From Candidatus Falkowbacteria bacterium (GTDB lineage Bacteria > Patescibacteriota > Patescibacteriia > Patescibacteriales > Patescibacteriaceae), in contig CAIUCZ010000030.1 of assembly GCA_903897785.1 (NCBI GenBank), forward strand, positions 18,212 through 82,211: a DNA stretch of 64,000 nt, written 5' to 3'. The notes beneath the pieces are model-generated. The model saw nothing but the letters and a program-made list of their open reading frames with translations. It made no database searches and was not told the DNA's origin. Shown piece by piece: positions 59,255 to 64,000 of the stretch (position 1 is its first letter; every line of letters begins with the position of its first letter). The position numbers and the translations under genes are program-made.

Positions 59255-60646
59255 ATGTCCGACAACAAGTCCGAGCTAAAACTGCCGCCACAAAACATTG
59301 AAGCCGAAATTTCCATTTTAGGTTGTTTATTGATCGATAAAGATGCCATCATTAAAATTGCCGACACCCTGCAGCCGGAAGATTTTTACAAAGACAGCCA
59401 CGGCCGGATTTATGAAGTGATCAAAGAGCTGTTCGCCAATCACGAACCGATTGATGTCTTGACTTTGACTTCGCGTCTGGAAGAAAAAGAATTACTGGCG
59501 CAAGTCGGCGGCCGGGCTTATATCACCGAACTGGCCTCTGCCGTCGCCTCTGCGGCTAATGTCGGCACTTACGCCGCCATGGTGCAAAAAAAAGCGACCC
59601 TGCGCCGCTTGATCAACGCCGCTACGGAAATCACGGAAATGGGCTATGACGAAGAAGAAGCGATTGACAAAGTCTTGGACTCATCCGAGCAAAAATTATT
59701 CGGCGTCTCACAAAAATATTTAAAACAAAATTTTACTTCCATCGCCAGCTTGTTAAACGAAGCCTTTGACCGCATCGACGATTTGCACAATCAAAGCGGC
59801 AAACTGCGCGGTATTTCCACCGGCTACCCCGATCTGGATAACTTGTTGGCCGGTTTGCAAAAATCTGACTTGATCATTCTGGCGGCTCGTCCGTCGGTCG
59901 GTAAAACTTCTTTGGCGATGGATTTGGCGCGGCAAGTGGCGGTCGTCGGCAAAGTGCCGGTTGGCGTCTTTTCTTTGGAAATGAGCAAAGAACAGTTGGT
60001 CGATCGCATGCTGTGCGCCCAGGCCGGCGTCAGTTTGTGGAAAATGCGCACCGGCAAATTATCCGATCAAGACGATGACGATGATTTTTCCCGCATCGGC
60101 CAAGCCATGGGCGCGCTGGCCGAAGCGCCAATTTATATCGATGACTCACCGGCCGCCAATGTCATGGAAATCCGCACCAAAGCCCGCCGCTTGCAAATGG
60201 AAAAAGGTTTGGGCTTGCTGGTGATCGACTACTTGCAGTTAATGGAAGGCCGCGGCAAATACAGCGACAACCGCGTGCAAGAAGTGTCGGAAATCTCTCG
60301 CGCCTTGAAAGGCATTGCTCGTGAATTGAACATTCCGGTCATCGCCCTGTCGCAGTTGTCTCGTGCCGTGGAGCAAACTCGTCCGGCTATTCCTCGGCTG
60401 GCGCACTTGCGCGAGTCCGGCTCCATTGAGCAAGATGCCGATATTGTTATGTTTTTGTACCGCAAAGCGGCTGACCGCGGCTACAACTTTGACGACCTGA
60501 CCGAAGAAGAAAAACATTCGGCCGAACTGCATATCGCCAAACACCGCAACGGCCCGATCGGCAAGATTGATTTGTTCTTTGATGAAAATACGGTCAGCTA
60601 TAAGAGCGTTCAGCGATATGATCGGGATGAACCGCCACAATTTTAG
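59255..60646 (+). CDS. dnaB: replicative DNA helicase
   Basis: PPQNIEAEISILGCLL, AARPSVGKTS (Walker A), LVIDYLQLM, ALSQLSRAVE, RESGSIEQDAD. Confidence 0.95.
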   Translation: MSDNKSELKLPPQNIEAEISILGCLLIDKDAIIKIADTLQPEDFYKDSHGRIYEVIKELFANHEPIDVLTLTSRLEEKELLAQVGGRAYITELASAVASAANVGTYAAMVQKKATLRRLINAATEITEMGYDEEEAIDKVLDSSEQKLFGVSQKYLKQNFTSIASLLNEAFDRIDDLHNQSGKLRGISTGYPDLDNLLAGLQKSDLIILAARPSVGKTSLAMDLARQVAVVGKVPVGVFSLEMSKEQLVDRMLCAQAGVSLWKMRTGKLSDQDDDDDFSRIGQAMGALAEAPIYIDDSPAANVMEIRTKARRLQMEKGLGLLVIDYLQLMEGRGKYSDNRVQEVSEISRALKGIARELNIPVIALSQLSRAVEQTRPAIPRLAHLRESGSIEQDADIVMFLYRKAADRGYNFDDLTEEEKHSAELHIAKHRNGPIGKIDLFFDENTVSYKSVQRYDRDEPPQF

Positions 60647-60678
60647 ACCTTGGATGTTGGATATTAGATATTGGATTT

Positions 60679-60720
60679 TTAACTTTATAAACCTTAAAAA
60701 CTTTATAACTTTTAACTTAT
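60679..60720. repeat. D-family word segment, single orientation
   Basis: ttaactttataaaccttaaaaactttataacttttaacttat. Confidence 0.65.
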
Positions 60721-60726
60721 AATTCT

Positions 60727-61017
60727 ATGTTCGAGAAACTTAAGCAATTGAAGGACCTGCGCTCTCAGGCCAAAACTATGCAATCGATGCTGGCTCAAGA
60801 AAAAATCACCGTGGATGAACACGGCATCAAGATTACCATGAACGGCAACATGGAAATTATCGAATTAATCATCGCCCCCGATGTGGCGCCGGAACGGATT
60901 GCCGGCTATGTCAAAGACTCGACCAACGAGATCATCAAAAAGACGCAAAAAGTTATGGCGCAAAAGATGCAAGAGATGGGCGGGCTGGGAGATCTTGGTG
61001 ATTTACTTAAAAAGTAA
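60727..61017 (+). CDS. ybaB: YbaB/EbfC family nucleoid-associated protein
   Basis: 96 aa; sits immediately upstream of recR, the conserved ybaB-recR pairing; QSMLAQEKITVDE...GNMEIIELII. Confidence 0.85.
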   Translation: MFEKLKQLKDLRSQAKTMQSMLAQEKITVDEHGIKITMNGNMEIIELIIAPDVAPERIAGYVKDSTNEIIKKTQKVMAQKMQEMGGLGDLGDLLKK

Positions 61018-61022
61018 ATTTC

Positions 61023-61155
61023 ATTAATGCAAAAAATGCGAATTAACATGCAAATACCACGAATGTAAACCGCAAAAAATGCGAATTCGAATTCGCGGTT
61101 TTCGTTATGTAATTTGCGGTATTCGCATGCAAATTCGCATTTTTCGCATTAATTA
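61023..61155. mobile_element. B-family element, forward copy, most complete
   Basis: attaatgcaaaaaatgcgaattaacatgcaaataccacgaatgtaaaccgcaaaaaatgcgaattcgaattcgcggttttcgttatgtaatttgcggtattcgcatgcaaattcgcatttttcgcattaat. Confidence 0.85.
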
Positions 61156-61162
61156 ATATTTT

Positions 61163-61756
61163 GTGTTTCCATCTCCAATCCAAAACTTAATCGACCAACT
61201 AACCCAACTCCCCTCTGTCGGCCCCAAGACTGCCGAGCGCTATGTCTTTTTTTTGTTGCGCCAAAAGCCGGAATTTTTATACGAGCTAACCAAAAGCATT
61301 GCTGAGCTGCCAAAAAGCATTGCCGAGTGCCAGCATTGCCACAATCTCGGTTTGGCCAATCCGTGTGCGATTTGCGCCGACAACCGGCGCGACGCTCGCC
61401 TGCTTTGCCTGGTGGCGCAACCGCAAGATATTGCCTATCTGGAAAACACTAAACAATATCTCGGGCTTTACTATGTCATCGGCGGTCCGCTTTCCCCAAC
61501 CGCCGGTTTGGGTCCGGAAGTTCTGGCCTTGAGTGGATTGCTGGCACGTCTGCAGACAAAACCGGTTGAGGAAATAATTTTAGCTTTCTCGCCCGACCTG
61601 CCCGGTGAAACCACGGCGCTGTACTTGATTAAAATTTTAAGTCAATTTAACGTCAAAATTAGTCGTTTGGCGCGCGGCCTGCCGAGTGGCGCCAGCTTGG
61701 AATACGCCGACGAAATGACACTGGGACAAGCGATCCAGAATAGAACAAGTTCATAA
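61163..61756 (+). CDS. recR: recombination protein RecR
   Basis: GTG start. LPSVGPKTAERYVFFLL (HhH), C4 zinc finger CQHCHN..CAICAD, and a Toprim domain. The stop codon lies in the D-family arm. Confidence 0.92.
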   Translation: MFPSPIQNLIDQLTQLPSVGPKTAERYVFFLLRQKPEFLYELTKSIAELPKSIAECQHCHNLGLANPCAICADNRRDARLLCLVAQPQDIAYLENTKQYLGLYYVIGGPLSPTAGLGPEVLALSGLLARLQTKPVEEIILAFSPDLPGETTALYLIKILSQFNVKISRLARGLPSGASLEYADEMTLGQAIQNRTSS

Positions 61757-61860
61757 AGTTATAAAGTTTATAAAGTTAAAAGTAAAAACGCCTCAAAAAT
61801 TGAGACGTTTTTTAGTAGCGACACTTTATGAACTTTATAACTTTAAAAACTTTTAACTTC
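61749..61860. repeat. D-family word hairpin spanning both convergent gene ends (recR and rplU)
   Basis: gttcataaagttataaagtttataaagttaaaagt ... actttatgaactttataactttaaaaacttttaactt, with an inner aaaacgcctca/tgagacgtttt hairpin. Confidence 0.85.
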
Positions 61861-62154
61861 TATCATAGTGTGAATCTGCCGATGGCCGACGTTTCTTTTG
61901 TAACGAGTTTTATTTTTAAATTTAATAACATGCACTTTGTCGCCTTGCGCCGTCACGCCAGCCTTGACTTCAACCACCTCGCCCAACGACGGCTGGCCGA
62001 TTTGCAAGTTGCCGCCATCTTCATCGGCAATCAACAAAGTTTCTAATTTAACCGTTTCACCCGCGGCCAATTCTAATTTTTCCACGGATAAAACTTGGCC
62101 TTCTTTGACCTTATACTGCTTACCGCCGGTTTTGATAATTGCAATCTTGTTCAT
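61843..62154 (-). CDS. rplU: 50S ribosomal protein L21
   Basis: MNKIAIIKTGGKQYKVKEGQVL ... KFKNKTRYKRNVGHRQ. The last 5 codons lie in the D-family arm. Confidence 0.93.
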   Translation of the reverse strand: MNKIAIIKTGGKQYKVKEGQVLSVEKLELAAGETVKLETLLIADEDGGNLQIGQPSLGEVVEVKAGVTAQGDKVHVIKFKNKTRYKRNVGHRQIHTMIEVKSF

Positions 62155-62157
62155 AAA

Positions 62158-62226
62158 ATGGAAGCTGGAATCCCTGCCCGCAATGCTACGCGCATAGCGT
62201 TGCAGGCGGGTGGAATTTGGAATTTA
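62158..62226. repeat. C-family word hairpin with GC-rich centre
   Basis: atggaagctggaat ccctgcccgcaatgctacgcgcatagcgttgcaggcggg tggaatttggaattt. Confidence 0.7.
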
Positions 62227-62241
62227 AAAAAATCAATCAAG

Positions 62242-62266
62242 GGATTCCCGCCTGCGCGGGAATGAC
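62242..62266. repeat. single A-family arm
   Basis: ggattcccgcctgcgcgggaatgac. Confidence 0.7.
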
Positions 62267-62336
62267 GTGCTGTTTTTTTCATCCCAAACCCCAAATCAGT
62301 AATCCTTATTTAATAGTTTTAATAACAGTTTGTAAT

Positions 62337-63431
62337 TTAACTAATCTTACTTTTTTTGTCAAGCTTGGCCAAAATAATCAGACCAACCATGGTTAAAATT
62401 GCCAAACAGACTAAAATCAAAATCTTGCCGCTGCTTTGCAAGAACAAAGCGGTCAGACCGAACAAAGCGGCCAAAATATAAAAAATCAAAGCCACTTGCG
62501 GCATAGACAAACCAAAATCCAGCAAGCGATGATGCAAATGCCGGCGATCCGAGGTTTTGAACGGGTTAACACCGGCCAAAATGCGGCGGATAATTGTCCA
62601 AAAAGCATCCAAAATAGGAATACCCATGATTAACAAGGCGATGGCGATTTTACCGCCGGAAATAATCGACAGAACCCCCAAAATAAAGCCCAAAAAGAGT
62701 GAACCGCCCTCGCCTAAGAAAATTTTGGCCGGATGCCAGTTGAACACCAAAAAACCAAGACAGGCCGCGGCCAAAATCAAGGCCGCCAAGCCAATGTCCG
62801 GCTGATAATAACGAGTTGTCATGGTAAACAAAAAGACAACCAAGCTGGCGATAGCCGACAGACCGCTGACCAGCCCGTCCAAGCCGTCCAGGAGCTTGGT
62901 GGTGTACATCATGCCCAGGAGCCATAAAATCGTAAAACTATCGGTCAAAACCACAAAATGACGCCAATAACCATGCCAATAAAACAAAGGAATCTGCCAG
63001 CTATTCAGATAAACAAAATCCCCTCCCGTGCCGGTAATTTTGTCGATGCCAATCCCGCCGGCCACCACGCAGCCGGCAGCCAAAAGCGGCCAGATAATCT
63101 GCCATTTGGGCTTGAGATTGTATTTATCGTCCAAAAATCCGCCAACCATTAGCAAAACCGCGCCCAAAAAGACACCCAGCCAACTGTAAGGATGCGGCGA
63201 GGCGGCTAAAATCGCGCCAATTTTGTCGTGCACTAAAAATAATACTGTAAAAAAGGCCAAAAAAATGCCTATTCCGCCCAACAACGGAACCGGCAACTGA
63301 TGCAATTTCCGGTCATTATCCGGATAATCCATAATTTTTAAAGCCTTGGCCAGCTTACTGACCAGCCAAGTCAAAACCATAGCCAAGCCAAAAGTCAAAA
63401 CAAAGACGCCGATAAGATAACTTGTTGACAT
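62337..63431 (-). CDS. MraY/WecA-family polyprenyl-phosphate N-acetylhexosamine-1-phosphate transferase
   Basis: FLDDKYNLKPKWQ, KLLDGLDGLVSG and FLGEGGSLFLG; about 10 TM helices. Second member of this family in the window. Confidence 0.85.
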   Translation of the reverse strand: MSTSYLIGVFVLTFGLAMVLTWLVSKLAKALKIMDYPDNDRKLHQLPVPLLGGIGIFLAFFTVLFLVHDKIGAILAASPHPYSWLGVFLGAVLLMVGGFLDDKYNLKPKWQIIWPLLAAGCVVAGGIGIDKITGTGGDFVYLNSWQIPLFYWHGYWRHFVVLTDSFTILWLLGMMYTTKLLDGLDGLVSGLSAIASLVVFLFTMTTRYYQPDIGLAALILAAACLGFLVFNWHPAKIFLGEGGSLFLGFILGVLSIISGGKIAIALLIMGIPILDAFWTIIRRILAGVNPFKTSDRRHLHHRLLDFGLSMPQVALIFYILAALFGLTALFLQSSGKILILVCLAILTMVGLIILAKLDKKSKIS

Positions 63432-63501
63432 AATGTTTAAATTGTGATATTAATTAAGATTGTCATTTAGTTGTTCTTTTATTTACAAATATGAGGTTCG
63501 A

Positions 63502-63927
63502 ATGAACAGAAGAGATCTTACTGAATTACCGGCAAATCTTGTCCTACAAGCTAGCCCGGAGGTGGAAATTTCCTTAAAAGCGCAAATTCTCGCCAAAAAA
63601 CTAATAAAGCAAGCCGCGGACCATGTCAGACAAATCGACATCGTTCTTGTCCAAACAACGCCTTGCCAAGAAATACTGCACAGCCTGCAAAGCTATTTTC
63701 AAGAACACCCGGACAAAACAAGAGACTTTTTCTTCTTTGAAAATGTCGAAGCTTGGCAAAAAGACACCAGCCTAAAAAACTTATCGTCCGTCAAGCTGTC
63801 CAGCTTCTGCAAACTTGGCCGCATCTTGCCCATTAAGATCGAATCTGAATCAAGCATCTCTGTTTTTGACCATGAGGTTTTAAAAATCCTAATCAATGAC
63901 CCGGTCATAAAAAACAAAGCTGCTTAA
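63502..63927 (+). CDS. hypothetical protein
   Basis: In-frame ATG at 63502 preferred over the TTG at 63460; no family recognised. Confidence 0.4.
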   Translation: MNRRDLTELPANLVLQASPEVEISLKAQILAKKLIKQAADHVRQIDIVLVQTTPCQEILHSLQSYFQEHPDKTRDFFFFENVEAWQKDTSLKNLSSVKLSSFCKLGRILPIKIESESSISVFDHEVLKILINDPVIKNKAA

Positions 63928-64000
63928 AAATAGTATGTACGTGGGGATTATTAACTAATCCCCTCTTTTTATTTTATTATACCTGGTCTTGCCAGACAGT

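Noticed and set aside
14731-62226. The tandem word repeats might be CRISPR arrays.
   Set aside because: There is no alternation of a constant 25-40-nt repeat with unique spacers. The units are 7-9 nt and contiguous, each block is paired with its complement to form a hairpin, and no cas genes are present.
63488-63502. GGTTCGAAT string resembling a tRNA T-loop.
   Set aside because: The flanks give no acceptor, D or anticodon arms. The string overlaps the likely start region of the 63502 ORF.
1-64000. Alternative genetic code (UGA recoded, as in some candidate phyla).
   Set aside because: Conserved genes end at the expected length on TAA, TAG and TGA stops (for example the TGA of 10458-10982 overlapping the next ATG). 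None of the recognisable genes needs read-through of an in-frame stop.

Overview
This is a gene-dense 64-kb chromosomal window with about 68 CDS, no rRNA or tRNA gene that I could find, and the standard genetic code. The content is housekeeping for a small-genome bacterium. A fragmented dcw cluster, short ribosomal and aaRS proteins, an RpoA without a C-terminal domain, DUF4012, many glycosyltransferases, a pilus-type ATPase and sparse Shine-Dalgarno use suggest Patescibacteria/CPR, but that is inference from reading, not a search result.

Layout:
- 1-781: partial PilB/GspE-like ATPase.
- 1.0-12 kb: split cell-wall (dcw) cluster mraY-ftsW-murG ... murC ... murB, interrupted by a Pif1-like helicase, a small wHTH protein and a GIY-YIG gene.
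- 12.1-17.3 kb: MacAB-like exporter (adaptor, ATPase, two permeases).
- 17.5-28 kb: envelope block (DUF4012, mreB, GT4, secreted protein, S8 peptidase with FG-GAP repeats, UXS-like epimerase, TagA-Nudix fusion, thioredoxin-fold lipoprotein).
- gltX, an M23 peptidase, a 530-bp non-coding gap, ftsQ, serS, lysS, greA.
- 37.5-40.9 kb: polysaccharide genes (GT2, GT4, flippase).
- 41-42.8 kb: AT-rich two-gene module.
- UvrD-type helicase with an embedded DEDDh exonuclease, alkD-like gene, SIMPL, SPFH, csp.
- 49.8-54.3 kb: ribosomal/alpha operon infA-rpmJ-rpsM-rpsK-rpsD-rpoA-rplQ-rplM-rpsI.
- 54.3-56.5 kb: AT-rich islet with hicBA and a sigma factor.
- alaS, dnaB, ybaB, recR, rplU, and a WecA/MraY-like transferase.

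The most unusual signal is not a gene. Almost every intergenic gap is filled by a long hairpin repeat. There are three kinds:
1. A REP-like GTCATCCCGG...CCGGGATGAC family.
2. A roughly 130-nt MITE-like CGAAT-word element found in both orientations.
3. Several families of hairpins whose arms are tandem short words paired with the complementary words (CTGGAAT, ATAAAGTT, TACAAATA, AGTCGTTAG, GGCGGTAGG).

Pieces of these repeats also sit in frame inside essential genes (murG, serS, the alkD-like gene, probably alaS). They also encode the last residues and stop codons of several genes.
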